64,000 bases of DNA from Botryllus schlosseri. Taxonomy: Eukaryota. The translations under genes and the position numbers were made by a program. Of this stretch, positions 45,426 to 59,387 are shown piece after piece (position 1 is the first letter of the stretch; the number at the start of each line of letters is the position of its first letter). The stretch is taken from NCBI GenBank assembly GCA_051294905.1, contig CM119380.1:14756001-14820000 (forward strand), written 5' to 3'. The notes beneath the pieces are model-generated. The model was not told the origin of the DNA, did no database searches, and saw only the letters and a list, made by a program, of their open reading frames with translations.

Positions 45426-46722
45426 ATCGCCACTTTATTGTGAAGTATGAAGTATGCAATATGCATAATAAGTATGTCAATCATGTCGTAAAGTATGTTA
45501 TGTTTTATCTTCATCGATTATTTCAATATATGATTCAACTCAGAGTTTACCAAAGCATAAAATGATAAGATAGATACAAAACGTTGGTATTTTATGCAAA
45601 TAGGTAAGATTATATGACCATACGACTAGCTCGATACAAGGAGTCATTGAGATCTGCGCCGATCGTTCTGCCTGTCCTCCAAATATTTCCAATTTTATAT
45701 CTTAATTGCAATATGCAATGTGCGGAAGCTCGATGTTCGTAGATTAAATAGATCAAATTTCAAATGTAAAACGTCGTTAGGACTCTGCCAGTTCCGAAAT
45801 TTACGGCGATAATTGCGCGCTTGCAAATAATGATAGCCCTGTAGTTGGGATTATATCGTACGTCACAACACCGCATGCGTTTTGCCAACAGTTTAAATGA
45901 ACGCCAAAATCGTTTAAGACATGTAGAAGATGAGAATAATTTGAAAAAATTGAACTAAATTTGACATCATAATGGAGTCTAACAAACAGCAAAGTTTTAT
46001 GCAATAATTCTTTTGCGGATGACTATGAATTCGCGCAATCTTAACACTACTGAGAATGACTAGCTGACTCTAAAATTTCCTATAATGCCACTTTGAGATC
46101 CAAACAGACTAGACATTTTCCGTCAAACTTTTGGATACAGTTTTAACAATAATCTAATCAGTTCATTGTCAAGGTCATGAAATTCTGCTGATTTTTTGTA
46201 CGATTTGTTTATATGATTTTAAAGTTTGAGGATCCCCCGGCCCACATAATTGGTGTTGGAATTTTAGCGGTCCGCAAACTAACGGTTAAGAACTCCCGAT
46301 TTAGATTACATAACACGGCAGAGAGATGTTCCTAATTTTCTGAAAAATATTGTGTCGCCGTCTCCAGAACTCGATCGCGGCTTAAGATGGTCGTTAGCCC
46401 CATTAGTTATTATACTTCAGATTACATGCAGCCTTCGATCGTCCTCCAGAAGCACGTCGACTACCGCGACTATATCCTGCGCCGCTTACAAGTCACCTCG
46501 CTGGAGCTGAATCATGCATTTATATAGGCTGCAGTAGGAATGAAAAAGTGCTACGCAAGTGCTAGTTACCTTGAACGCAAGTTGCTTTTCAGGGCTTGGT
46601 AACTATATAGTTTCGAATACTAGCAGCTTCAACCTTTCTATTGTTTCGCTGTTGGAGCTATACGATTTGCACTTTGCTTTATCTAACACCATTGAGCTGA
46701 AAAAACGCGTCTACGTATTGAC

Positions 46723-47143
46723 TAGAGCCCGACCGATATTGGATTTTTGGGCCGATACCGATAAAACCGATATCTAACATCTTCACCGATAACACCGATA
46801 TATTCAGCCGATATTCAAATAAGGTGGAATCTACCTCAAAAGGCGCATTTTCAAAACTTCAGAGAATTTATTTCAACAACTTTACACCCATTGTCATACT
46901 TGAACTTGAAATAGACTAAAAAGAATGCATCTGGACACTTCGAAAGTGTAAGCTGTACCAAATATAGCAATATCCCCAGTCTATAGCGGTAAAGAATTAT
47001 AGTTCACCGACTTCCTACTATCATGTTGTGACGTCACGAAAATAGCCGATATTTCATCAGCTCCAATGGCCGATACCGATAATTCTTTCAAAGTGTAATA
47101 TCGACTCGATATTATTGGCGAACCGATAATCGGTTGGGCTCTA
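46723..47143 (+). mobile_element. hAT-type MITE (TAGAGCCC ends)
   Basis: TIRs TAGAGCCCGACCGAT...ATCGGTTGGGCTCTA. TSD GTATTGAC/GTCTTGAC (7/8). Internal ccgata repeats. Confidence 0.88.
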
Positions 47144-48512
47144 GTCTTGACATATAACAATAATAAGAGGTGGCATACGTTGTTACAATTCGTACTCACG
47201 TAAAAGTAGAACTAGATGTAGCCATTTCTAAGTAGGTTAAATAAGTGAATATTTGAAGCCTAGTTCCGCTTAAAACGTTGAAAACTTGTACGTACATGTA
47301 GAAGTAGTTTAAAATGATAACCACCCGAGTAATTGATGTAAGTACGCAATACCTACTTAAGTTCTCTGAAAAGTTTAGGTAATTCGGTCCTGACAAACAC
47401 TGCTAGAACCAACATCATATCCTTCAGACAGTCTTATTTGGATGTGACGACGAACTAAGTAACAGACACATTCATAGTTACACCGATCATTTCACGGACA
47501 CTCAGTAGATGGCTTGGGATGACTCGTTCGGGATGGAGAGTGTCAAAGCGGTGAATGCCAAAACAACAAGCGAAGCACTAGAAAGCCATTCACGGTATCG
47601 AGTGTCAAAATAAATAGGCATTCAAATTAGCGAGCCGTAATCAACTATTTATGTGCAGAAATCACACAAACAGAAAATTACATACATGCACCGTCAACAT
47701 TTCTCATCTCAGCATTATTAGACGATTCAGACCTCTATAATACTGATTCGGATTGACTATGTAAGAGACGAAAAATTATGATCAAGAATTCCGCTGCAAA
47801 CTTATATAGCGAAAGACCGCTAACGGTAATATTATTCGCTACGAAATGCCACACGGCAGTAACCATTTGTCAGTGTGTCGTGGTCGGTGATAAAACAGCA
47901 ATAACGCGTCGCTGTATAACGGACAAAGTCCTATCTTATTAAGTCAGTAGCAAGCAGGAGGTGTTATGATATGGCATTCTATCGGACGCTCTCTTATTTC
48001 GAAATCAAGTGACGGCCAATAATGTTTCCAACCCGGGTAAACGCAAACCCGAAACCCATTTACCTGTTACTTTTTGCACGATGCCATATCTGGGCGTGTA
48101 CTTTTGCTTTCGGTTAATCCAAATCGCTTCATTGTGATTCGCTGACTTTGGTTAGGTTTCAAGGCGTATCAGTTGTACCTGCGATGGTCCTTCAAAAGTG
48201 AAAGTGAAATATAGAAACCGCTAGGGGAACTTCCGAAATACAAATGCGATGTGCTATTTTGCGTTCAAACTCTTGCCAAGCGAAAGGCTGGCTCTAGTAA
48301 ATATATATTCATGCCCCTGACCTTACCTCAGCCGTAGTGTAGGCTACCCAATATTTATCACGTCACGCTTGAACTAGGTAGCAAACTTTTTCTTGACGAT
48401 CTGTCTGTAACACCGATTTAACGCAAACGACGATATTGGTCAGTTTCTTTGATATCGAGATGGGTGACAAGATGTTTTGTCGTTATCTTTTGCTTTTATC
48501 CTCCACTTACGG

Positions 48513-49684
48513 CAGGGGCGGGCAACTTCTCCAGTCGGCGGGCCGGATATAGGAAAATTAAATGCCGAATCGATTCATTATTCGCCCATTTGTCCACACA
48601 CGGAATAAATCATATTTAATGAATGTATTCTAACGACAGCAATGTAACTTCAAAGCCATTTCTCGCCGATAATGACGAATACAATGTAGATTTGAGAACA
48701 GCATTGTCACACAGGCGCCGCCATGTCTGCTTCTCACTGATCAATTAACACACGGTGCAATCATGGTGTCCTATACTGACTGGCTTGCCGATCGCAAAAT
48801 TTGATAAAACGGGTATCAATCGAAAGCTGCCATGGTACTGATTGCGAAAATATAAAGAATTCTGCTCGTGGCCCTGTAACCCCCCCAAAATCAGCCTCGA
48901 ATGTTGCATCGTAACGGAGTTTGGAATTGTGACGCAACCATGCCGTCAGGAGCAAGTGAGAGCAGCGCAAACCGCACGCAAGCGTATTGGCCATTGTTAC
49001 GTACCCGATTGAGCAATCACACTCTCACTCTCGTGTGCAGTTGCTCCTGAGCTGCTCAGACGGTATGGTTGCGTTGCGTTATAATACCAAACTCCGTTAC
49101 AATGCAACATTCCAGGCTGATTTTGGGGGGTTCCGGGGCCACAAACGGAATACAAATTTATATTTTCGCAGTCAGTACCTTGGCATCTTTCGATTGATAC
49201 CGGATCTATCGAATTTAATGCTCGGCAAGCCGGTCAAAAATTACCTTCAAATTGACTGTAGCCAAATGGAAAGTGTGACGTAGACCAATTTCACTGAGCC
49301 GCGAGATTTGCTTTATGTCCACACCATATAGGACACTATGATGCAATCCTTAATTAAGATTTCAAGGTGTTCGATAAGCCTGGTACCCCAAATTTACCAA
49401 GATATCAATTCATTAGGGTTGAGTAGACTACATGGTAAATGCCGATAATGCAAGTTTTCTCGCTTCGATGAACTTACGCATATAAGCTCTACTCTCGCAC
49501 GCTGCGCACACACGTATAGAATAACATAGAGTCACTAAAATTTGACTTTTAAGCAAGCAGTGGGGAATCTCGTCAGACTGGGGCCGTGGGCCATTATAAT
49601 GTAAGGCGGGAAACTGTCCGCGGGCCGGACAAAATCCCGTCGCGGGCCGGATCCGGCCCGCGGGCCGTATGTTGCCCACCCCTG
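48513..49684 (-). mobile_element. hAT-type MITE, same family as 30157-31013 in inverted orientation, with nested insert
   Basis: TIRs CAGGGGCGGGCAAC...GTTGCCCACCCCTG. TSD ACTTACGG/ACTTACGA. The internal sequence is the reverse complement of the 30 kb copy. Confidence 0.9.
48762..49338. mobile_element. Nested TIR element (CAT(A/G)GTGTCCTATA ends)
   Basis: Inverted ends catggtgtcctata / tataggacactatg, flanked by (g/a)tgcaat. Absent at the orthologous position of the 30 kb MITE. Related pieces at about 50553-50820 and 52550-52790. Confidence 0.75.
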
Positions 49685-50829
49685 ACTTACGATATGAACG
49701 TCTGCTGTAAGCTAATCTGGAATCCAGCCTACCAGACGAACGATTTTGAGCCGATATTGGTCTCTGTTGATTATAACGCTGTTTAATACCGTGTTGGAAA
49801 ACGAGATTTCGCGTGTAGATTATTGGCTACTTCTGCTTCTGTTATTTTTATCTCGTCCATGAAAACGGGCGTAATTTGCTTGTACTACCGAACGCAATCA
49901 GCCGTAAGAAATACAGTCAAACGAATCGGAGGCGAGAGAACTCACCTCGTCGCCGATTCACGACGCATATAGTAGAAGTGCATCTACCAATGTTGGATGT
50001 AATGTGGTAATGACGAGAAGCTAGAGTTCTTGACTTTTTACAAGTGTCACTTCTGCACCGCAACCCAACACAGAATAATTTTCCGGCTGTGAGCCTAAAC
50101 CTGAACCTAGCTACCATTAGTGACAATTATATCACACACGCTCGAGCGTTCATTAGTCTTTATCATTCCAACACAACAAAAATGACACACGAGCTGGAAT
50201 GCGCTACGATCCATTTTGTAGATTTCATATTGATTCAAAGCTGATGACATGTAATGGAATAAATCCACGTCTGCGGAATCTTTGTGAACAATTCAGTAAT
50301 TCATATAAACGAGAGCATAATATAGTCACCGCAAAACAAGCGTGAGGTTTACATTCACATGGAATAAAGTCAATAGAGTACAGTGGTTCTTAACCGGTGT
50401 TTCATGGAAAACTAGGGGTTCCGTGAGCCAGTCCAAGGGGTGCTTCTGGAGGTCCACACACACACTCCACTAAAACATATGATTCATGATGATACGACAG
50501 TCTTCGTTATCATTGGTTGCAGGTCATATTGGCGCGATGACAATATGTAACCAGAGTGTCCTATATGGTGTGGACACAGCGAGATAGAACGGCTCACTGC
50601 ATTTGGGTTACGTCATACTTTCTATTTGACTAAAGGCAAACTTATGACTATTTTTCACCAGCTTGCCTAGCGCTAAATTCGATAAATGGATATTAATGGA
50701 AAGCTGCTGCTCTAATGATTACGAAAATAAATTTTTTATTGTGCTCATGGTCCTGGAACCCCCCAAAATCATCTTCCAATTTAGCATTGTGATCTACTTT
50801 GCTACTTTGTCTGACTCTGTCTTCTAAGC

Positions 50830-52542
50830 CAGTTCTCTTCAACCTTTTTCGTCGTGCGGTACACCCTTTTACCATTTTCTCAAAACTCGCACACCCCTGA
50901 CCGTATAATACACCGATAACGCGTGACGTGACGCGTCACCGTGACTCATGGACGACAAATGCTCATATGAAATTTGATACTGGAAACTCAACACCGTGGA
51001 GACCCCTTGTGGCGTTTTGTGCCTTCACTTAGTTCTTGAGATATGCAATGCGCAAATTTTCTTATTGTAGAAGCAAAACATCCCAGCAGGCTTACAATAT
51101 ATAATTTATGTACAAAAATCACGGGTATAAATGTCAAGAAAAACACCAGAATTATGTGTGCAGTCGCGCGGAGCGCGAAAATTTTGAACCTTGGATGGAT
51201 TTCATCGAAAATGTTGGTAGTTTCACATATTATTGACACAAATTTATTCATTCTCAGCTCACGTGATCAGATTAACCCGTAGAGGGTGTCTTCGAAAATA
51301 TTGGGTACAATATTAATGATAATGCATCTTCCGGTTCTTATTAATCACTTAGTTGCATGTTGTTATTTCTTGGCCTCTCACCAGGATTGTTTGTATTGTT
51401 ATTATTAATATTTTTATTACACATCAATGACAGTGGAGATAATCGCCTCTTTAGAATTTGTGCGCCACGACAGTGCATTTCGTAAAGTCTAGTGTCTTTG
51501 CTGTGGGTAATGAGGACGACTTTCGCTTGCACGCGCACTCCCATTCTTCATTCTCTGTCGCTAACGTGCGTCCAATTTCAGGACTCTGTTCTTGACTTTG
51601 CAGCTCGGCTCACTCTTCTTCTAGGCTTTTCAATACGCTACGTTAACAGGGGGTCGGCGACGGGGAGCCTAGATAAACCTCCGACACATAGAAACATGGC
51701 AGTGCCGGGACTCGAACCAGCAACAATTGGTTGCATAATGGCGGCCGACAACACACGCTAATTCAAACATGTGTAGAAGGTCGCAAAATTATGGTAATGA
51801 GGCCGTACGTCCGCACTCCGCAGGTTGAGCACCACTGGCCTAGCCGAAATAAGGATGAACATTTGAGCAAGGCTGCAACGTATAGGAAATGCTAAATACG
51901 AATCAGGGACTGGACCACCATCTAACGCAGTGGTTCGCAAACTCGACCCCTGGCTGCGCAAGCATGCATTCTACGCTATTCATAAACTTGCCGCAGGAAG
52001 CACCAATTCACACCGTCCGAGCTGTAGCGGTGGTTTCCTCGAGAATCATCAGACAGATATCGCAAGCTGAACACATGCAAACTCCACCCTGCTCTACTCG
52101 AAAAGGAAGTAATAAGTCAATTACCAAAGGTTAAATGATGAACATTTGCTTATGATATCACATTATACGATATTACACATCCAGTCAATCTGTTTTGATG
52201 CATAAACTGGCGTATTTATTGTGATAGCGATATTCATCGTATCATCGGTTCATCATAATGTGGATCTGGCACACCCCTGTACAACCAATCCTAGTGGTAC
52301 ACTCTTTAAAAATTATGGTACACCCTGGGGTGTACGAACACCCGGTTGAAGAGCACTGCCATATTGCTAATTAACCTGTGCGTCAACCTGTTCTGACCCA
52401 TAAACCTGCCTTTGTGATAGCTAGCCATCGGATCATTGCAATTCGGATCTGGTACACCCCTGTACACCCCATCCGAGTGGTACACCCTTTGAAAATTCTG
52501 GTACACCCTAGGGTGTACGAAAACCCCGGTTGAAGAGCACTG
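50830..52542 (+). mobile_element. hAT-type non-autonomous element with duplicated right end
   Basis: TIRs CAGTTCTCTTCAACC...GGTTGAAGAGCACTG with a perfect TSD TTCTAAGC. The right terminus also appears at about 52270-52360. Confidence 0.88.
51698..51760 (-). repeat. tRNA-derived SINE-like fragment
   Basis: B-box GGTTCGAGTCCC on the minus strand with a degenerate A-box. Not a complete tRNA. Confidence 0.4.
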
Positions 52543-52868
52543 TTCTAAGCTTCACTCTCGTGTTACTAGACAAGATTGTTTCGTCACAATGCCAAACTCG
52601 ATCACAATGGAATATTAGAAGCTAATTTTGGGGGTTCCATGACCATGAACAAAATAATATTTATATATTCGTAATCAGTACAGCAGCAGCTTTCCATTGA
52701 CACCCGTTTTATCAAATTTAACGCTCGGCAAGCCAGTCAAAAATGGCCATAAATTTCCCTTTGCTCAAATAGAAAGTAGGACTATAGATTACTAACCTAC
52801 GGATAGATACGCAACTCCTGGTGGTTACGCTTGGGCTAGCAGTGTTCCGTATTGCTCAGCATCTAAAA

Positions 52869-53298
52869 CAGTGGTTCCCGACCTTTTTCGACCGATCGCC
52901 CCCTTTTCAATCTCAACACCTATCATCGCCCCCCAAATTTTGTAAACCGAAAAATGGGCATGCAAACTGTAATCACCGGCGGGTTGACTAAAAAAAAGTG
53001 GTCAACTTTTCGGCTCGATGTCGAAATTGACACTTTTCCAACTAAATTTTCGTCATGGGTTGACTGAAACAAAATGTCAGCCGTTTTGACGCGTTATCGC
53101 CCCCTTCGCTATTTTCGCCTCCTGTCGCACCCTTTGTTCATTTCCGCCCCCTATCGCCCCTTCGCTATTTTCGCCCCCTGTCGACCCCTGTCGACCCTTT
53201 GTCCATTTTCACCCCCTATTGCCTCCTTCGTCATTTTCGCCCCCTAGACCGCGAAATCGGCCCCTGGGGGGCGATATCGCCCACGTTGGGAACCACTG
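52869..53298 (+). mobile_element. hAT-type MITE with internal tcgccccc repeats
   Basis: TIRs CAGTGGTTCCC...GGGAACCACTG. Flanks atctaaaa / attctaaaa form a near-TSD with one indel. Confidence 0.85.
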
Positions 53299-53319
53299 AT
53301 TCTAAAAGATGCATAATTG

Positions 53320-54716
53320 GTAGGCGCGGGGGGCGCGGGAAGCTCTCAGGGGGGGCGAGAAATTAACCACGTCTGTATGAATTCTGACTATAAATGTGCT
53401 TCACAAAAATTCTTAGAAAACGATTTTAAAGATGAAACTTATTTCGTATTTCAAGAAATCTCGCCGAATTCTAACTCCAGCATTCGCGCTCAACGGCGTA
53501 TAGGCTGATTTCAACTTTATTTGAGCAAATTTTTGATATTCTTTGAAAATTTGGAGCATTTCTCACGTGTAAGTCATTCATTACTTCATAGCTTTGCAGT
53601 AGCCTAAAGTTCTGTGCGCTGGGCAGCTGTTGTTAATAATTGGCGAACTGCACTACCCGACAGATTTAGATGCAATAATAAGTTGCCCGGTTTCGCCTCA
53701 ATTAACCCTTTTAAAGTCTGGGGCCACTGGTGGCTTTGGACAACTTCATCTGGTAATATCTTCATTTATGTACGTCCTAGCGGCCTCATTTTGGTTTGTA
53801 GGGAAAGCTAGCAATCTTTTGATTCATATGATACCAGGTTTATACGTATAAGTTGAATATATTTTCTATTATCAACGATTTTACACGAGACGGTTGGCAC
53901 GTTAATAGCTTAGATACTGAGAGTCACAATAGTGTGTCATTGTTTGGAGAGCCGATGCATTGTGTAATCATTATCACCAGCATTGTTCACTCAGCCTTGA
54001 TTAGCCGGCGACGCGCGACCACAAGTGCGCCTATAGCGATTCTGACAGGCATTTCCCACGTTATAACGAGATAAATAATGCTAGATCATTCATTGATGTT
54101 TTGTTGAAAAGAGAATATCACTACCTTCGACGTGACAACATGATCCAGAGCGCAGTACGGGGCTATCAGGGTTTAAACCAGGTTATAAGAACATAACTGC
54201 TGATCAAAACAAACTGTTCTCGCGTTCAGCAGCCCATGATGTTATGATACCTCTTGCGGGTAACTGTTTCGAAGGCGTAATACGCTAGAGGGCAACCTTC
54301 TTGTTACTACGATACCATGCACGCCTTGATTGAACGTATAGATGTGACTTTATCGAAATTTTAGTGAACCGATTCAAATTCTTGGGAAAGTTGACAATAG
54401 CATAAGATTTCAAAAGGGTTAAGCTACCCTAAATAAACACAATTTATTCAATTCCAAAACCGATCGAATTTAGCATGTCAGTCCAGAACGATGACGTGAT
54501 CTCTGTAGTCACTACCAGCATTAGGATTTCTCAGTGCAACCTACCTTGAAATAATTTGATGTCCTGTTCAATGTTTTTTTGCTATTTTCAAACAAGTTTG
54601 GGGAAATTTGTCAGAAATGTTAAAGACTCAACAACTGGAATGCGGATTCAAACTTGGCGCAATATTTTTGACCATCCACAAGGGGGGCGCATGTCCAAAA
54701 AGGTTGAGAACCGCTG
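53320..54716 (+). mobile_element. Second copy of the 39008-40320 element family (left end not resolved)
   Basis: Shares long blocks such as actccagca.tcgcgctcaacgg.gtataggctga. Ends with GGTTGAGAACCGCTG. Confidence 0.8.
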
Positions 54717-55364
54717 GTCTATACCATATAAGACACTATGATGTAACAATAATATTTTGTCCTTGGAAGGTAATTGCCGTATTATTTTTGCATATGTCGA
54801 CAATGGTGTTGCTATGTTTTCATCACGACGTCACGGATGTCTAAGTTGTGACGTCACAGCTGTTCGACATTGTTATATTGCTCATTGGGAATCACGATTG
54901 AAACTAACGGGAAAAGATGGCTCCTTTGACTTAGAAGGTTGCTGTTAGCGCGCGCGTGCGGCATTGCATTGTTTCGTGAATCCGTTGTGTATTTTCAATT
55001 TAATTGTCGCGTCGTCTGATCATCATCATTATTAGTCTCGTTTTCGTTCCCTATATATTCAATGCTGGATAACGTTTCGTTGGTTACTTTGCTGAACAGA
55101 CGGTTGGAAGATTTTTGGGATAAAGCATCGTTGTAAATCCTTCTTTGTGCCTACTTTATACCTTATATTTCTGCGTACTGCGTGCTGCCATTTGTGCTGT
55201 TTACGTTCTACTAAGCGTTAATTTGGATTAAAAGGTTGTTTGATTTACACCGGCCTTACATTCTACCGTCGAGATTAGACAGGCTTCTGCGCCTTAGTCG
55301 CCACACGCTCATTTCGTGTGCCGCGCAGAAACAATTTACAACGACTGCAATTAACGTTTGCTTC

Positions 55365-55498
55365 TGTAGATAGTAATTGTATTAACAGAATCAGTACAGG
55401 CAAACTTAGTCCGACCCACCACCGCCGCCGCTCTCACGTTCTCCCCACACCAGTGCCTCTCGCAGGTCCTGGTGCACATACAACGCATGCAAACCACA
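55365..55498 (-). repeat. 3' LTR
   Basis: Identical to 59403-59536. Confidence 0.97.
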
Positions 55499-55575
55499 TA
55501 CCCCCCTGATCTCAAGATCAAAAGCAAACGAAATGAAACAAATCACTAAACAATGCAACAAACTATAATATAATG

Positions 55576-58500
55576 CTATCCCATATCAAAGTCTGCCAAC
55601 CAGCCGGGTTGTGCCCTTCTGCGAGATGGTCTTTGTTCTACTTCTGGCATCAATTCTTCACCCAACGGTTCACCTTCCAAAGCCATTGTCGATTCACTAG
55701 CATTCTCGTCATCAGTTGAAAATAAGTCAATCAGATGTGGCATTCTGCTCTGGCTTCTTTCCTGATCTGTGCCGCAACCCATTACGCGTCTTATATGTGA
55801 TATATGACGGTTCGTCCCATTCACTTCAACAACCGAGTCCGATACAATATCCGTCACAGTTCCTTTGTTCCACACAGATGTACACCTGGCATTAGGTGGC
55901 TTCACAAAGACACTTTCTCCGATGTTGTATGGGTTTAAATGTTTCTTTCTGGAATTGCGGTCTTTTGCTACTCCCCGCTCTCCATCTGGAAGAGTAGACT
56001 CATAACGAAATACCCTCTCAGCTGGTACGACATTCTCAACGTTTGGGGTATTATTATACCAATACACCATTTCACTCACACTACCACCAGTCCTGGCCAC
56101 CATCCGTTTGATGGTCCTGTGATTTCTTTCAACAATCGAATTTCCGGAATGTTTGTAAGCACAGCTGAATACATGGCCTATTTTCCAATTCCCCAAAAAT
56201 TGTGACATTTTGTGACTTTTAAAGCAACTACCATTGTCACTCAAAATTTCGTCGACAGCCCCACGCTCCAGCAACACTTGGCCTAGATGCTGGATGACTT
56301 GTTCGGTAGATTCGGTTGTTATCTTCCTCCATATCGCAAATCGACTTGGACCACAATCAATCATACTCAAGTAAGGCTGCCCACCAACGTATGTAATGTC
56401 TAATGCCAGCCTACTCCATACTTTATCCACCGACAACTGCCCGTGTTCCCACTTGACTGGATGAGGATCAATTTGGCGACATATGTTACAATTGTCAACC
56501 ACCTGTTTGACCATTTCCCGGCTTACTTCCCGCCCCAAGCAGCGTTCTGCTACATACAATGTTCTATCTGTTCCCAGGTGATGCTTTTCGTGGATTCTCT
56601 TGACACGATCTTCCACCGCTTGACTTTGCGTGGCGACTCCCACACAAATCTTTGGGTGCCAGCTCCGTGGTACCCGTGTCAAAGCATCAGCTATGTTTTT
56701 TGCAGAGGGAACCAGACGAATACTGACTTTCATATCATATTCTTCAATCAACTGTGCCATCAATCCCAGCCTTCTTCTAACAATCATTTCACTTAAGCCA
56801 TGCACTCTTGGCCGGTTCAAATCCTCCAAAATTGATCTCACCCAATTGTAGACACTTGCGGAATCAGTGATAATCTCTACTTTCCTTACTTTCCATTTTA
56901 GCGCTAGATTCAGTCCCTTCACCACAGCCTCCAATTCTGCGACGTTGATGTGAGCACCGTCATCCTGCTTTCTCATCCAGGCCGCATCTTCCACTACATG
57001 GCCATCCACCATTAGACAACACCCAATTGCTAGGTTACTCGCATCACACCAAAGTTGCACCCTTCCTCCAGCAGGAGCTTGCCAAATTCCCCCCACCGGA
57101 TCTTTCTCTTTCACCCTTGCAAGGATTTCGCCAGCTAGTTGTAACACATGAAGTGGTACTGTTTCGTCCCATGCCACTTCATTAGCAAGGCGCTTTACGT
57201 AGCTGCAAGCAATCCTCAGCCAGCCTGCCACAGGGTAGTGACCTATAAGTTTACCGAACATAGAAAAGAGCTGCCTCTTTGACCATTCTTTAGCTGGCTC
57301 TGGCAGGATTCCATCTCTGGCCCATTCATACGACCCCGCAGCCGTCGCAGTGACTCTCAGTCCTAATACCCGTGTATCGTTCAATGGCACAGGCTCCTTT
57401 GCTCTTAGTCCATACCGTAATAAGTGCCTCCTCACCGTTTCCACATCCACAATACTGGCATCAACAAATATATCATCGATATAATGATCTGTTCCACGCT
57501 TTATCTCTTGTCTCTGCGACAACACCACCGACAGGATCTTTGACATTACTTTTGGCGCAACATTGAGGCCAAATCCCATACGCGTCATGACGTATTTCTT
57601 CTCGCCATGCTGCACGATTTGAAATGTGTGCAAGCGCTCTGAAACGTGAATTTGTAGATATGCTTTTTGCAGATCTAACATATACGCATGTGTGCCTTTC
57701 TTCCGCCATTCTCTCAGTTTTTCCTGGCACACCACAACATCTGCACCGGGATGACTCATCACATGCCTATTCATCTCGCGGTAATCCATAACTGGCCGCA
57801 CCTTTCTTGATTTGTTCGGTTGTTTTACTGCCATCAGAGGGATCAGACCCTTTTGACGTCCATGAACGCCTGGGTTGTATTCTTCCAACCAGCCATTTTG
57901 AATCCATTGATTCACTTCATGATGGAACTCTTCTTGGCACTCAGGTGGAATCGCGTAACCTGGACAGCGGTTTGACAAGGTTGGTTCTTCATTCGTCCAT
58001 TTCCACTCTACAACCCACTTTGAACCATCAAAAATAGCGTTAAAATCTTTATCATCGATTACCAGCTTTTCCACTTCTTCTTCAATCAACTTCTCATCTT
58101 CTTCTTCTTCCCTCAACTTCTCGACTTCTTCTTCAATCAACTTCACATCTTCTTCTTCACCCAACTTCTCGACTTCTTCTACTTCAATCGGCTTCTCAAC
58201 TTCTTCTTCACTCAACTTCTCATTTTCTTCCTGACAACTCACTCCCACAGCAACATATGTGGGAAGTGCACCAAACCGTACTCGAAGATCTGGACCAACA
58301 AACACCCCATCCATCCTCTCGATCACATCCGTCCCCAGAATCACCTTTGCATTACAAACCAGACGAGTTGCTATTAAAACTTCCATACAGAGGTCAACTT
58401 CGTCAATTTCCAGTTTGACTGTCGCGTCACCATGACAAAATGTTAATTCGCCATTCAACATTTCCACAACTAGCTTTGGTCCCCTCACTGGCACGCCCAA

Positions 58501-58683
58501 TTGCTTACACACGTCTTCTCGCACCACTGATCTCTGGCAACCACTATCAACGAGAGCTTCTACAGATATTCCAAATATTTTTACAGAAATGATTGGCAGC
58601 ACCTTTTTCCTCACTGTCGGTGGCTGGGGAACCCATCCGATGCTGACCGTTCCCCATTGCCGTTTCCCTGATTGATTGGCCAT
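55576..58683 (-). CDS. pol: Pol polyprotein (protease, RT, RNase H, integrase), expressed by -1 frameshift
   Basis: Motifs [44 protein letters not shown] Zn finger, LALD / ILSDNG / VERNHR. Uninterrupted. Confidence 0.96.
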   Translation of the reverse strand: MANQSGKRQWGTVSIGWVPQPPTVRKKVLPIISVKIFGISVEALVDSGCQRSVVREDVCKQLGVPVRGPKLVVEMLNGELTFCHGDATVKLEIDEVDLCMEVLIATRLVCNAKVILGTDVIERMDGVFVGPDLRVRFGALPTYVAVGVSCQEENEKLSEEEVEKPIEVEEVEKLGEEEDVKLIEEEVEKLREEEEDEKLIEEEVEKLVIDDKDFNAIFDGSKWVVEWKWTNEEPTLSNRCPGYAIPPECQEEFHHEVNQWIQNGWLEEYNPGVHGRQKGLIPLMAVKQPNKSRKVRPVMDYREMNRHVMSHPGADVVVCQEKLREWRKKGTHAYMLDLQKAYLQIHVSERLHTFQIVQHGEKKYVMTRMGFGLNVAPKVMSKILSVVLSQRQEIKRGTDHYIDDIFVDASIVDVETVRRHLLRYGLRAKEPVPLNDTRVLGLRVTATAAGSYEWARDGILPEPAKEWSKRQLFSMFGKLIGHYPVAGWLRIACSYVKRLANEVAWDETVPLHVLQLAGEILARVKEKDPVGGIWQAPAGGRVQLWCDASNLAIGCCLMVDGHVVEDAAWMRKQDDGAHINVAELEAVVKGLNLALKWKVRKVEIITDSASVYNWVRSILEDLNRPRVHGLSEMIVRRRLGLMAQLIEEYDMKVSIRLVPSAKNIADALTRVPRSWHPKICVGVATQSQAVEDRVKRIHEKHHLGTDRTLYVAERCLGREVSREMVKQVVDNCNICRQIDPHPVKWEHGQLSVDKVWSRLALDITYVGGQPYLSMIDCGPSRFAIWRKITTESTEQVIQHLGQVLLERGAVDEILSDNGSCFKSHKMSQFLGNWKIGHVFSCAYKHSGNSIVERNHRTIKRMVARTGGSVSEMVYWYNNTPNVENVVPAERVFRYESTLPDGERGVAKDRNSRKKHLNPYNIGESVFVKPPNARCTSVWNKGTVTDIVSDSVVEVNGTNRHISHIRRVMGCGTDQERSQSRMPHLIDLFSTDDENASESTMALEGEPLGEELMPEVEQRPSRRRAQPGWLADFDMG

Positions 58684-59387
58684 GTAGCACTGTTCTTGCA
58701 GAACCGAGCTATATGACCAGGGTTACCACATTCAAAACACTTTATTGGCGGCAGCCCACGGCCATAACTCCGTCTCCCAATATCCCTATTTGGGCACTCG
58801 CGTGCTATATGTCCATCTTTCCCACAAGAGAAGCACTCAAAAGTCTTTCTTTTGTATGTGCCAGCTGCACAGAGCATGCCAACGGGCACTGGGGTGGACA
58901 TGATCATTCTAGCTCGTACCACCAATTCACCAATTTCCAGTTTCTCAATTTCAGCAAGAGACTTTAGCTGGCATGCCACATCGATCGGCAGCCCAGTCAC
59001 AAAAGCGCACTTTACTATCGGTTCAGAAGCAGCAGGGTCCATACCCACAAGAGTAACCAGTCTCTGGAGGTCAGCTACGAAAACATCAACACTCTCACGT
59101 TCTTGAAGAGTCCTGCGCCGAAACTGGCAGTAGGCATCGTAACAATTGACGCCAAATGCTGCCAAGAGAGCAGTCTTTACTTTACTGTACTCCTTTTTAT
59201 CCTCATCACTTAATTGCCTATATACTGAGAACGCCGCAGTGTCCAACAATAGAGGAACATATTCTTCTGGCTTGTTACCTCGCAGTTTCATAACGGTCTC
59301 AAATTTATCCAGCCACACAGCCACATCCCCCGAAGTAGCGAAGTCCACATACATAGGCATAATGTCCGTTATCCTCACCGTCGACAT
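58611..59387 (-). CDS. gag: Gag with two CCHC zinc knuckles
   Basis: ATG at 59387 (MSTVRITD). Knuckles [14 protein letters not shown] and [14 protein letters not shown]. Confidence 0.95.
   Translation of the reverse strand: MSTVRITDIMPMYVDFATSGDVAVWLDKFETVMKLRGNKPEEYVPLLLDTAAFSVYRQLSDEDKKEYSKVKTALLAAFGVNCYDAYCQFRRRTLQERESVDVFVADLQRLVTLVGMDPAASEPIVKCAFVTGLPIDVACQLKSLAEIEKLEIGELVVRARMIMSTPVPVGMLCAAGTYKRKTFECFSCGKDGHIARECPNRDIGRRSYGRGLPPIKCFECGNPGHIARFCKNSATWPINQGNGNGERSASDGFPSHRQ
58662..58668 (-). promoter_or_regulatory. -1 ribosomal frameshift slippery heptamer G GGA AAC
   Basis: The gag frame reads CAG GGA AAC (QGN) and the pol frame TCA GGG AAA C (SGK). pol is -1 relative to gag. Fits X XXY YYZ. 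Confidence 0.85.

Noticed and set aside
45361-51760. Functional tRNA genes at about 45361 and 51698
   Set aside because: Only A/B-box-like pieces are present; no complete acceptor and anticodon stems, so they were treated as SINE-like fragments.
26500-55300. The many 60-100 aa track ORFs in the MITE-rich region
   Set aside because: They mostly fall within repeats, use non-ATG starts and show no recognisable domains or conserved frames between repeat copies.
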